DNA of 63,855 nucleotides, counting the filler, from Folioceros fuciformis (lineage: Eukaryota): NCBI GenBank assembly GCA_049999805.1. It is 10 parts of 10 records of this genome, joined end to end, with 100 filler letters (N's around TTAATTAATTAA, not from the genome) between each part and the next. Parts side by side here need not be neighbours in the genome. Positions count along the whole stretch, not along the records: positions 46,543 to 57,428 come from JBNGIO010005732.1; positions 57,529 to 61,305 come from JBNGIO010005733.1; positions 61,406 to 62,744 come from JBNGIO010005737.1; 7 more parts are not named here. The stretch is one strand, 5' to 3'. Under the pieces are notes generated by a model. The model had not been told where the DNA came from and did not search any database. It was given only the letters and a program-made list of their open reading frames with translations. The translations under genes and the position numbers were made by a program. Within the stretch, counting starts at the first letter, position 1; every line of letters starts with the position of its first letter. Shown piece by piece: positions 50,066-62,426 of the stretch.

Positions 50066-52650
50066 ATGGTCCAGGAAGTCATACCACACCTGTCGCATAT
50101 GGGTTTGATCGCTGCTCCACCTCCACCAGTTTCGTTAACTCCACCAGTTCCGAGTTATTTGGATGCAAACGCCTGGCGGGACTGGCATACCAATGTTCTC
50201 ATGCCTCTTGGGGAGCCAAATCATGGATTCCAACACAGGAAAAACATTGTGGTGGCGCATCCGGATTCAGATCCGGTCTGTCAGGGAACCCCGCTTAATT
50301 ACGAGTGAGCTCTTTTCCTGTAGCCAGCCTGGCGGTGGACGGATCTCTGCAGCTGCAAGGCATTGTGCTGTTCACAAGCTCTAAACTATAGGCCGTGTGT
50401 TGCAGGTACCTGGTCGCGAATGCGTTCCAATGCCACTGGGGGGATTTCGTCCAAGGGACGCTGCTTGTGGAGCCTTGCTATTTGACATCCATATTCAGCG
50501 TGCTGGTAGGCAGTGATGGTGTACCAATACAACTGAGAATAGCTTCGTTGCCCAATCACGACCTCAGCCTGTATCAGAAAGGCACCGAGGTGTTCATCAT
50601 GAACCCGTTCTTTGTGCGGTTCTCGGATGGAAGTCTGGGCTTGCGGATTGCAGACCCACGGGATATTCGTCATGCATCACATGAACGGGTCGGGGCATAC
50701 TCCAGCTCTGAGAATATACCATCACCGGACCCAGACGAGATTGACCAAGCTGTTGCACATCCTGTTCATTTACCATTAACTGAAGCGCTCTGGGGATGCT
50801 CTGAGGATGTACCTTTCTACCTGCACTTATGTGACCAACCTGTTGAACACCCTGATCCTGTGGAGAAAAATGAGCTATATGGCGGAGGTATGCTTGCATG
50901 GAGGAGTCATCAACGGGTCGCGGCATCCACAGACCGCAAGTGTAATGTGTGCAACGATCGTTATGGCGAGTTCCCCAGTTCGGATGAGGTCTCCTACGTT
51001 TGCAGCATGGAATGCATGATTCAGTTCCAGGCATCGAAGAGTAAAAATCTTAAGAGAGCCATGAGGCGGGAGAGACGTGGAAGAAACTTGGTGTATGTTG
51101 TGATGTACTTTGTCCTGAGTATATATCTGAGGGAGGGCCGGGTGGCTCCCAAGGACGACATATTTACGTCAACCTTGCGAAGTTATTACCATTGTTTGAT
51201 GGATCAGACAGACCGCAGTCTGCAGAAGCTGCTAAGTGTGAGGGAATTCATTAAGGCTTGTGTGTCGCGGATAGCCATTGAGTTCGATGGTGGGAATACT
51301 GTAGAAGTTGAGGAGCTCTTCGCCTCAACTCCTTTCTGTACCGATGTGTTGCGGAATTTCAGTGAACCTGCTGGATATTTTGAGGTTAGCTTGTGGAATT
51401 ACGGGTTCCCATGGCTTAAGCTAAACGACGTCCCTGGCATCACCGTCGAGAACCATAGAAAGTACCTTTCCAAAATACCTGTAAGAGAAGGGACGCTCAT
51501 GTTCAACCTTTTTGCCACTGCAATTACCCACAATGTTGCGGATTTCAATCCAGAGCGTACAGACCACAGGAGCATGAGAGGTCACAAGACTATGTGCCAA
51601 GAATTGGAAGAGCAACTACAGAAACGTCTGCGGGCCCCTCCTCCGATCTTCCAGGATTCAGACAGATTCCCTGGCATGTACCAGCTTGGTCCAGTTGGTG
51701 CCGCCTTCTTTGATGTGTATCCGGATCATCACTTGCTCTTCATCCGGAGCTTTCGTATGCCGTATGTGCGGACGGTGCTACGAGAATGGCAGCATCACGT
51801 TTCTGCCCACAGGCGAGAGCCCGATCCCGCACCCTTGGTTCGCCCATTCTTGGCCGTGGGATGCTGGCGTTACATTTCGTCCGTGACGCACTCTTGTGCT
51901 CCAAACTGCTGCTACTTTGTGGATTTCCCCACCTCGGAATTGAAGGTTCGCGCCTCCAAGGACATCAGAGCTGGAGAGTGTCTGTCGATTCCGTGTTTCG
52001 ACATATTCAGGCCCCTGGCGGAGCGCAGGAGGATGTGGAGTGAGATGTCGTGGAGTGAAGTGTGTGTGTGCGCCCGCTGTGTGTTCGAGGAAAAAGTTCT
52101 TAGGGCTTGCCCCATCTACCGACAGCTGAGCAGGACTTACAGTTACGTGCTGACGAGGAGGTTTCAAGCCACAGGGCCTCAGCCTCTGACGATGACGTTC
52201 ATGGGAGAGTATTCAGACGACCTTGTACCAGCATCCTACGAGCTTGAGAAATTGCTGAATGGAGAACTGCGTCTCCTGGGCGAGGTTGAGAAGGCCTGGC
52301 TTCGATCATCGTTCTTATATTCCTACCTGGCTGCATGCCATCACTGGGTGTCTGACGTATTTCAGCGCGGAGAAACTGAATTCTTCTTTCCGATTGGGGA
52401 AGTTCTGGGTACGATGCTGTTGACTGATGCAGGCTCCGAGCTGGCGCTCAGCGTTATTGCTCAATGTTTGTGGGGCGACTTCTTCGGGGCTACATTCGAC
52501 GTACGCCAGAGGAATAAGACTGTCTGTCCGTTGCAGGAAATTTTGGACACTGGTTCCCAAATCTGTGAGCGCCGGTACGGGAAGGGGAGGAATAGTGGCT
52601 TCTACAGGAACATTTTGGAATTGTACTACGACGAACTGCCTTCCATTTGA
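50066..52650 (+). CDS. Divergent SET-domain protein (SMYD-like: split SET, MYND-like Cys cluster, post-SET CxCxxC)
   Basis: Exon 50066-50304 and exon 50406-52650 (phase-2 compatible GT-AG), 751-aa open frame. YGGGMLAWRS (SET-N-like), CNVC...YVCSMEC, THSCAPNC...VRASKDIRAGECLSI, CVCARC. A partial second copy lies at 56974-57428. Confidence 0.72.
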
Positions 52651-55600
52651 CGAACAGGGTTGGATCTTCGATGATTACAGCTCCCTACATGGAGCAGTCG
52701 ACGGAGGAGCTGAACCTGGGCTTCATGCCCAAAGGGCTGCACGTATTCGATGAGGCTGGCCACCTCAGTTTAATAAAGATTTTGACTTGAGAACTACACT
52801 CTTCTGCAAAGTGAAGAGCCATCCACTTCTCTCACCTGACGGATGAGAAAGGCACGACTTAATCTTGTTGGAGGTGTGGCCCTGGGTCAATGAATGTTTT
52901 AGGGTTTAGGGTCTCCTCCCTCCCATGGCTTTACAGAAGCAGGGTAGGAAGCCGGACTGATAAACAGCACGAACTAAGGAAAAGGCGAGGGAAGGGCCGG
53001 CAGCCGGAAGCCTGTTAGGCATAGCGGGGCGACGCAGCTCGCCTGGGCAAGTGTTTAGCTAGAATGAGCAAAGGAGTGCCACCTTCCTTGAGCTTTCCAT
53101 AGCTGAACGTGGCTCACATGGGTGGCGGGCGGCCCTTCCGTACCAGCTCGCTGCTCAGCTAGCGCGGTGGTTCTTGAATCAAGAGCTGTCTTCAGAAAGC
53201 GAGCCCGCTGCTTTCTATGAATCGAATTTCCGACCAACCAGCATACAAGGATGAGGGAAAACAAAGCCCACCCCTCCGGAAGTGTCTTGCGACACACCCA
53301 ACTCGCGGAGTGGCAAGGTACTTAAGAAGGAGGACAACTGCTGGAGCCAANNNNNNNNNNNNNNNNNNNNNNNNNNNNNNNNNNNNNNNNNNNNNNNNNN
53401 NNNNNNNNNNNNNNNNNNNNNNNNNNNNNNNNNNNNNNNNNNNNNNNNNNCGGAGTGGCAAGGTACTTAAGAAGGAGGACAACTGCTGGAGCCAAAGGTC
53501 ATGTCCGACCTCGGGTTGCCTGAACTCTTCTTGCACACTTGAGGCGTGTTACAGGAACACTTTCAGGAAAAGAGAAATAGAGAGGCCAGGACAGGACTGT
53601 TGTAGTTTAAGGACAGATTGCAACCAGCTCTCTCGGATCTGCAATCCAATACATTACTCTCATGTTCCCTAGCCCTTTCAACGTTTGAAAGCATTTGACT
53701 TGTCTTCTAACGGTAGAAGATCACCTTCTAGTGGAAAGATCTTTCTAGTTACTTCATTTTCATAGCAAATGTTCTTCCTATGCTACATTTGGAACCCAAT
53801 CTTAAAATGTGTTCGCGTACATCCCAAGCATGAGTTTTTGACAAAATTAAACCAAAGCCTACATCCCACCCTTTCAAACTCATCCACACTTACCTCAATC
53901 ATACGCATTTGAGTACCTGAATCATAACATATCATAATATATGAAGGTACTAGACCAAACCTTGAGAGAACATTCTCTCTCCACTATACCAACTCTCTTT
54001 CAACTATGAGAACTTGGACCCTTTCCCAACAACTCTCTCTCAACTATGCCAACTTCCACCATTTCCCGACAACTCTCTCTCAACTATGCCAACTAGTACC
54101 ATTTTCCAAGAACTCTCTCAACTATGCCCACCTACTATGATCATTTTCCAATATATTAAGGTAATAAACAAAGGTAGCCTGAGAGCGCTCTCTCTCAAAT
54201 GTGCCAACTTCTGCCATTTCCTCATAACTTTCTCTCAACAATGACAAGGAATTTATTTGCTATGATCATTTTTCAATATATTAAGGTAATAAACAAATGT
54301 AGCCTGAGAACACTCTCTCTCAAATGTGCCAACTTGTGTCATTTCCTCATAACATAACTTTGTGCTAATGTGTATAATTTCCTCATAACTTTCTCTCAAC
54401 TGTGAGAAGGAAGTTATTTGCTATGATTGAAAAAGAGGTGGAAAGTCCCATCTACTCATAACTTTCTCTCAACTATGCTAAGGAAGTTATTTTCCATGAT
54501 TGAAAGAGAGATGAAAGTCCCATCTACTCATAACTTTCATGATTGAAAAAGAAATGGAAAGTCTAGTAACTTTCTCTCAAGGAAGTTACTTTCTACTATT
54601 GAAAAAGAGATGGAAAGCCTCATCTACTCCAAAGATTTGGACGAATAACCCGAGTGGGCCAAAAGCCAAAAGGGTACTAGCTCCTTCGAAGGCAGCTTGG
54701 AGAGCACTCTGTCGTGACCTTGTGATCTCTCACAACTTTTGCCATTGCCCAATAACTCTTTTAACTATGCCAACTCTATTAAGTTATTTCCCCATAACTC
54801 TCTCTCAACTATGCCAACTCTCTTAACTTATTGCACCATAACTCTCTCTCAACTATGCCAACTCTCTTAACTTATTGCCCCATAACTCTCTCTCAACTAT
54901 GCCAACTCTCTTCACCTACTGCCCAATAACTCTCTCTCAACTATGCCAACTCTCTTAATCTATTGTCCAACAACTCGCTCTTAACTATGCCAACTCTCTC
55001 AACCTAATGCCCAACAATTCTCTCTCAACTATCCAACTCTCTTAACTCATTGCTTAATAACTCTCTTAACCATGCCAACTCTCCTAACGTATTGTCCAAC
55101 AACTCTTTCTCAACTATGCCAACTCCCTTAATATATTGCCCAACAACTCTCTCTCAACGATACCAAATCTCTTAACTTGCACCATTGTCCAATAGTTATC
55201 TCTCCACTCTATTAACCTTATCTCACAATCATTTGCATAGGTATTAGGCTTTTCGCAATAATTGCAAAACAACCCACGTCTTTTCCTTTAGGTGCTTACG
55301 TACTATTATTGCAAAAAGCCTTACTAGTATGCAAAGATTTGTAGAATGAGGTTGGATGTCTTGAAGAAGACAAAGCAATCACAAACCAATGCAAATGAGT
55401 AAGTGGGAAGAACATCTTCTCAGTGTTTCAATAGTAGAGAAGGCGCGAGAATGTTCATCAAAGAATAATAAGAGTCTATACCTTGACACTAGATTTTCTC
55501 AACACTTCACCTAAAACCAACCTTGAATCTTAAGCTATGAAGAAATGCTAGCAAGGCACAAGGTGGCACTTAGAGACAAAGTGGCGTTTAGAGACAACTG

Positions 55601-57631
55601 GCCTCCAAACTTCTCCTCCATACGCATCTTGAGAAGTTGTGTCTACATGGTTGTTGATATTATCTTTTATGTCCTCACTCTGTAGTGCTCAGCACTAGAA
55701 GGATTGCCACGAAGACCTTCACCATTGCATACAAGCTCAATCCTAAGAGCTTTGCGATTGCACACAAACTCTTACAAGCACAAAATAAAGGTTGTGCTAT
55801 TGCATGCAAGCCCTCACAAGCATAAAGCTAAAAGATATGCTCTAAGACTTGACACAAATAAATATTCAACTACCAAAGACAAAAGATGAATACAAGGCAC
55901 TTGTACATGGCAATAATGTCATGTGGGGGAGACAATATGAGCCTTTATGGGAAGGACATATTGGAATCTCCCCACACAATGTGGAACATGAGTGTGCCAA
56001 GAGGCACACTATGAACATAATGACACTCAAGTCTACACATCCTAACCGAGGTAGGCAAGGCCTTTACTAGCCCCTTGGCCTTCACTGCTGTTGGTCCTTA
56101 ACTTGCCCTTCCCTAGTTGACTTGACCTTTCATGTAAACCTTGAACCTTCTAGAAGATGCTCTCTAACCTTATCTAGAAAAAACTATTCTTTTAGAGCAC
56201 CTTTTTTAAACTTTTTATTAACTTAATATGATATGTTATACTAAACCGCTTCTAACATTTAAAACCATCCCAGCCTCAACAAAGGCCATGTTGTTTAAAG
56301 TTCCACGCAGCGCATAGGAAGGTCTGAACAAATGTTCCCTACCAAGTAGCCGCAATGTTCACCGACAGATCGAGCGTTAGCCTCGAGTTTGATTGCTCGC
56401 CACTGAGTCGCTAGCCACTTTTGAAGAGGACATCCTGGAAAGCGGAGCTGCTGGCCATCAAGGTGAAAAGGAACAACATCCATACATCGATCGCGCTGCG
56501 TGGGAATTGGCCACTACTCCTTCCCTCTCCAAGCATTGTTAGCGTTTAAAATTTCAAACAGCCATAACACGATGTTGGGTCGCGTCTCGAACGAATGGGT
56601 CACAAGGCACCCACTTGCAGCAACAGAGCCGACCGCCGGCCCGCTTACACACGTACAGTCGTCGGCGATCCGTGTGCCTCAAGGGATATGGATCGGCGGA
56701 CATCGATGCCCGTTTATTCAAGATTTGAATCTCCCGCTGCATTTTCTGCACCTACAGTAAGAACAGTAAAGTGTTTTCCGATTCGCTATCGTTCGAGTTG
56801 ATGATCCGTGTGTTTTGTGCCCGCCAGCCAGTCGCTGTTCATGTACGTAGATCATCGGGACTGCGACCATGGAGATGCTTCCCTGGAGTTTGTCTAACTC
56901 TACCCTTACGGACTGTTCTTAGTGAGTGCAATCTCGGATGCGTGACTGCACAGATCTGCAATCGTTGCCAAAAATGGTCCAGGAAGTCATACCACACCTG
57001 TCGCATATGGGTTTGATCGCTGCTCCACCTCCACCAGTTTCGTTAACTCCACCAGTTCCGAGTTATTTGGATGCAAACGCCTGGCGGGACTGGCATACCA
57101 ATGTTCTCATGCCTCTTGGGGAGCCAAATCATGGATTCCAACACAGGAAAAACATTGTGGTGGCGCATCCGGATTCAGATCCGGTCTGTCAGGGAACCCC
57201 GCTTAATTACGAGTGAGCTCTTTTCCTGTAGCCAGCCTGGCGGTGGACGGATCTCTGCAGCTGCAAGGCATTGTGCTGTTCACAAGCTCTAAACTATAGG
57301 CCGTGTGTTGCAGGTACCTGGTCGCGAATGCGTTCCAATGCCACTGGGGGGATTTCGTCCAAGGGACGCTGCTTGTGGAGCCTTGCTATTTGACATCCAT
57401 ATTCAGCGTGCTGGTAGGCAGTGATGGTNNNNNNNNNNNNNNNNNNNNNNNNNNNNNNNNNNNNNNNNNNNNTTAATTAATTAANNNNNNNNNNNNNNNN
57501 NNNNNNNNNNNNNNNNNNNNNNNNNNNNGCTGAATAGCAGGTCCTTCGTCAATTTCCCTTGCAGCGCCGCGACGTTCACCCCCAATTGTGGCCCTGGTCG
57601 CAGGTGTGAAAAGTGGCGGAACAAAGATGGA

Positions 57632-60500
57632 TCAACTGCAGCAACAAGTGCGACCCCTTCCTGGATTGGCTGCCAATTGTCGATCGGCAGGAGCCCATGC
57701 AGCTGCCTTCAATAGGGCAAACATGCCCATTATCTCAGGGTAACAGGCCTTCATGTCCGCCTTGAAGGCCTTCCGGAGTACTGAGGATCCGGGCGCATCC
57801 TCCCAAGTTCGGTGCAGACCATACCATTGGCTGCCCAGTGCGTGCGCGATTGTGGCCATGGTCATGGGCTTAGACACCTGCACGCCGGTCGCCAACACCA
57901 TGTACACCAGGAACCCAAAGAACCGTGCCTGCATTGTGCACCGCAAATGTCAACACGAATCCCATACACTGGCATACAATGCCGTGAATTTGGCCGTGGT
58001 TTGAGGGCACTCACAACTGTCTCGCTCAAGCACGTGGCGTGACTCCCTTGCCTAATGTGGTACAGCAACCTACTTGGGCCATGGTTGTCTCTTGCATCGA
58101 ACACGCAGTTCAAGAACTCGGGGTTCAGCCAGAATTGTCGCCACGCCTCGCTTATGCACCTCCTGGATGGACCTCCCGCGTCTACAGTATCTGCTTCCAC
58201 CAACCCTCCTCCCCCTTGGCCAGTGATGTACACAACCTTCAGCTCCAGGAACACATCCATGCGCTCCTCATGCCGTCTGAAATGGTCGAACAGCGCCCCA
58301 CACTCCCGACCTACCTCGACCTGCACCCACCACCACGCACCCTTGGCTTAGCCACCATCCCCACCACAAACCCTGGTTGTTCATGGCGGCACCCACACCG
58401 CTGCCAAGTGCACCTGCGCATGGGACCGTTGTGCTCTTCTACGCTGATGAGCCGCAATTGGCTGCAATGTGTGGTTGGTAAGAGCATACCTACGCATCGC
58501 ACCGTCTGTCGTGTAGCAAGCCTCCTGTGCAGCATGGAGGTTCATTTCCTCAAGCTCCCTACATGGTAGCGCAACCTCCTGCGCCCTCTCCTCTCGCATG
58601 CGGAGCCACTCGCGGTGGCGGGTTTGCAACCGGAGCAGATCAAACTGGTCCACCGTCACCTGCAAATTATTTGCGGCCCAGGCATCCCATAGGTCTTCAG
58701 GCTTTGCCGCTGCCAGGTCTATACTGGGTTCCACTTCGTGGAGTAGTCTAATGACCGTAGCAGCTGGCGACGTCCGCTCCGCTATAAACCCCTGGATGGT
58801 GGCAACGTCATAAAGTTTGAACCCCGATATGGTTACTAGCCGGCGGACCAAGGCCCTTCCTGAGCTATCCCCGGCTCCTGTCCCTCTGTCCAGGATGGTC
58901 TGTAGCTCGGCCAGCACAGCAGTGTGCTCTGGCTTTGCTTCATCCCCACCCTTCCTCTCCCGCGCCTCGTCCACCATATCGAAAAACACTTTGGCCTCTA
59001 CTTGTAGAGGCTTCAGCTTCTTCCGGGGCACTACGTAGCATGCTGCCTCCTTTGCTTACTGTAGATAGCAAGTTGCCCCCTCCCAAGTCGCCACCAATGC
59101 CGCGTACGCCTCGGCGGTAGTTGCGATTGCGAGAAGGCCCATTGCGTCCGCACCACCTGATTGACTCGGTCTCCCTCTCGCTGATGCTTGAGGGGAGCTA
59201 CCACGTCGGGGCTGCCATCGGTCCACAATGTAACAATCGTCATCTCCCACAGCCGGAGTGCCCCCCATGTCTGGGGACGACACTGTAGACCCCCCACCAC
59301 GCGGGGTATGGCTGGCCAAGCCACGCTCCATGGACCCTGTACGCTCGGAGTCGTCTTGCGNNNNNNNNNNGGCCAAGCCACGCTCCATGGACCCTGTACG
59401 CTCGGAGTCGTCTTGCGAGCATTCACCACCCTCAGTGTTTGTCATACCCTCCACCAATCCAGCAACATCAACAACCCCTGCCTTTGCTCGATACGCTCTG
59501 ACCATGTGTTCCGTCATCTGCACGGCTGGATCCCATACACATAGCAGCATAGTCTGCAGCTGGTGCAAGCTCAGCGACGCTGTGCTGCCTGGTGGGAAGA
59601 TCAGCAGGTCGTCGGTGAGCAATGCCGTTGGCGAGCTTCGAGCGAATACCCGCTGGAATCGCTCGACGAAGCACCCCGGCCCCAGGCTACTCCTATCCAG
59701 GTGAAAGAGACAGGCGACAGCATCCACTATCTCCGCCACCACAGTGCGAGGCTCAAAGTCTGACCCATCGTACGTGGCGCCAACAGGCATCGACGACGGC
59801 ACATGTATCTCGACCACGGTGCAGTCTGAGGATGCTATTTTCCTGGCTTGCAGTGGCGCGCCCCCATCGGGCGACTCAATCGAGAATTCTGGGAAGTCGA
59901 GGTTTAGAGGAACCATTATCTTTAGCTTCTTGATGTGCACGCGCACAAGCGGGCTTCCTGCAACCATCGCTCGTTGCCTCCTCCTGGGTGATGGGGTGCC
60001 AATGAAGTGATTTCGTCGCAGCGTCATGGGTATGTTCCCAGCCGCTGCTCTCATGGTGTCCTTCGGTGGTGGACGCGGTGAAATCTGTGGCGTTTGTGTG
60101 GGCGAGCGGGGCATTGCCCATCCTACCACCATGGATGCACTCGCAGTAGCTGGTAGGCGACCTCGTGGTGTCGGCCAACTCCAGCATATTGTGCTCACAC
60201 TTGGCACTTGGAGCACTGCAGGTCCATCAAGAGTGTAGCAGACCGTACTACGAGCAGATGGTGCCGGGGTTGGGGGGTCTGCTGCCGGTATGGTAAGCTG
60301 TGGCGTTCGTGGCTTTCGAGCTGCATGACGTTGGCGATTGGTCGGCGGGTCATCCTGGAACACATTGTCCTCATCTTCCTCCTCCGTTCTCCAATCAGCA
60401 AGGATGGAGTCACTATTTTCGACGACAACATTCAGACGTTGGTGGCGCTCTAGCCTCTCTTCCACGGACATTTTGATGTCGATAACGGCTGCAATTCTCC
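57632..60500 (-). pseudogene. Unknown minus-strand coding region with a possible HECT-like C-terminal segment
   Basis: Consecutive minus-strand ORFs (59056-60867, 58381-59031, 57862-58326, 57632-57946). LKVVY...DTVDAGGPSRRCISEAW and ARFFGFLVYMVL resemble HECT N-lobe motifs. Confidence 0.35.
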
Positions 60501-60533
60501 TCCCCGGGTGCCCCCTCCCACAGTGAACACGGT

Positions 60534-60831
60534 GTGTGCGCAGATGCAGCGGTACATGCATATGCAGTGCGTTCAGTTGCTGGGCGGGAGGGTCTGAGCA
60601 TGCCCCACCCTCCCTCCATACACCCATCGCGTATGTGCGCAGATGCAGCGGTACATGCATATGCAGTGCGTTCAGTTGTTGGGCGGGAGGGTCTGAGCAT
60701 GCCCCACCCTCCCTCCATACGCCCATCGCGTATGTGCGCAGATGCAGCAGTACATGCATATGCAGTGCATTCAGTTGCTGGGCGGGAGGGTCTGAGCATG
60801 CCCCACCCTCCCTCCATACGCCCATCGCGTA
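60534..60831. repeat. 99-bp tandem repeat x3
   Basis: Near-identical units start at ~60534, 60633 and 60732; 33-aa repeats appear in several frames of the ORF track. Confidence 0.93.
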
Positions 60832-61406
60832 CGGAGAGCAGGGGATCAATACCTGGGATATCTGCATGCGCCTACCAGCCGCGATAAAGAATATGGGGTT
60901 GCGGAGCCCTTAATACTGCCATTAAAAAGTTGGCACTAAATGCAGATTTAAAATCTCCTCCCTCATCAACTGCAGATGCCAGCCATTCTGCCGACACTCA
61001 AAGTTGCCTGGCACACCAAGCTCGGGGTCAGTGCCAAATGATGACTTGCCGATGCTGGCAAGTAATATTACTCCCACGAATAAGGGAGTCCCTCACCGTC
61101 CACTCAAAGGCACACCCAGCCCCGATCCCTTCTTTTCGATCCCGGGCCTCAAACATGCTGACTAGTCGTGTGCCTCAACAGCGTGTATGGTCCCCAGGTG
61201 CACGTAAGCGTACCGCCCATCGCCTGGCCGCTGCAATTGGCCTCCCCTGCACTGCCACCACCTTCCATTCAGCGCAGCTGCGGGGGCTGTGCTACCCACT
61301 CACACNNNNNNNNNNNNNNNNNNNNNNNNNNNNNNNNNNNNNNNNNNNNTTAATTAATTAANNNNNNNNNNNNNNNNNNNNNNNNNNNNNNNNNNNNNNN
61401 NNNNNG

Positions 61407-61632
61407 TGTTGAAAATAACCCGTTGTTATGGGTAACCTAGGAGTATGCATGAATAGATGACCTAATTAGTTTAGGGCTTGGCTATAAATACCTTTACCTT
61501 TTCATTATTAATTATTCTCTCATTAATTATCATGCTGGATTCTTTTGATATCTATCTCTCGCTACAGGCACAAGATGTCAAGCTGTCTTGACTGCTATTC
61601 AACATCTTATATTCCTGTTATGGTATCAGAGC
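61407..61632 (+). mobile_element. Copia 5' LTR (61407-61604) and tRNA-iMet PBS (61621-61632)
   Basis: TGTTGAA...TTCAACA inverted termini, TATAAATA at ~61483, then TGGTATCAGAGC after a 16-nt spacer. Confidence 0.85.
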
Positions 61633-61663
61633 ACCCAATGCTGATTACCATGCTGTAGCTACG

Positions 61664-62206
61664 ATGCCGAGGAATAGGACAAATTCTGGTTTTGGTGGCA
61701 GAGGAGGTTTCGTTAAAGCCTTCTCTCGACCCCTAAACAGATCTACTGTTCCCTCGAGCATTTCCTGGATTGAAGCTGAATTAAAGGCAGTGCGCAATCA
61801 GAGGGTTTTGGAGAATTATTGGCGGTGTAGGGGCTGTGGAAATCCACATCATTCAGTGTCACGAATTCCTACTTCTAAACCGTGCACCAATTGTGGGCGT
61901 TTCTTCAAACCAGATTGCTCTAAGGTCAGACCACCTGTTAGGCGGTCATCTTCAGCACCTCAATCCTATATGGAAGACGCTGACATACCTGCAACGGCAA
62001 CTTTGAATTCTCAGTCACAAAATCTGGAAGGTACACTGAATGCTGTCATCCAGCGACAAGAATCTTTCTCAAAAAGATTGGATTCGACAGATATGAAAAT
62101 TCACAAGTTTGCTGCAAAATTTTCCTCAAAACTTGGTCGACTAACTAGAGAGTTGCAAATTCTGAATGTAACACTCCGCTCCTCTGATGAGGAGCGTTCA
62201 GATTAA
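61664..62206 (+). CDS. Extra ORF directly after the PBS (CxxC...CxNC zinc-finger-like plus coiled coil)
   Basis: Intact 180-aa ATG ORF with WRCRGCGNPHH, RIPTSKPCTNCGRFFKPDC and a heptad-like C-terminus. Confidence 0.6.
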   Translation: MPRNRTNSGFGGRGGFVKAFSRPLNRSTVPSSISWIEAELKAVRNQRVLENYWRCRGCGNPHHSVSRIPTSKPCTNCGRFFKPDCSKVRPPVRRSSSAPQSYMEDADIPATATLNSQSQNLEGTLNAVIQRQESFSKRLDSTDMKIHKFAAKFSSKLGRLTRELQILNVTLRSSDEERSD

Positions 62207-62300
62207 TCTCACCCATTGTTCTTCTGCCTAGGGATATAGCCCCTTACCTGTCCTTCCTGCTGCTGGAACTACTGCGCCTACTGGAACTGCTCAAGTAACT

Positions 62301-62426
62301 CAGGATGACATTGACAAATGGCATGAAGTGAACAGTGTAGCAGTTGCTATTCTCATCTATGGACTTGATGAAGTCCTTATTCCAGATGTTGAATCCCTGA
62401 CCAATGCCAAGGACATATGGGATTAG
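62301..62426 (+). pseudogene. Copia Gag N-terminal remnant
   Basis: QDDIDKWHEVNSVAVAILIYGLDEVLIPDVESLTNAKDIWD* matches the W...A..IL...L....A..IW pattern of the Gag proteins elsewhere in this window. Confidence 0.65.

Larger units (their letters stand above)
46543..57428 (+). repeat. Direct duplication: 46543-50520 reappears, apparently identically, at 53451-57428 (unit ~6.8-6.9 kb)
   Basis: The ORF track repeats with a constant 6908-bp offset. The first 45 bp of the unit also occur just before the gap at 53306-53350. Confidence 0.93.

Noticed and set aside
20985-52650. Functional cluster of DNA methyltransferase and SET methyltransferase
   Set aside because: They lie on different contigs separated by artificial linkers; proximity is an artefact.
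52898-52911. TTTAGGGTTTAGGG as a telomere
   Set aside because: Only two units; at most an interstitial telo-box.
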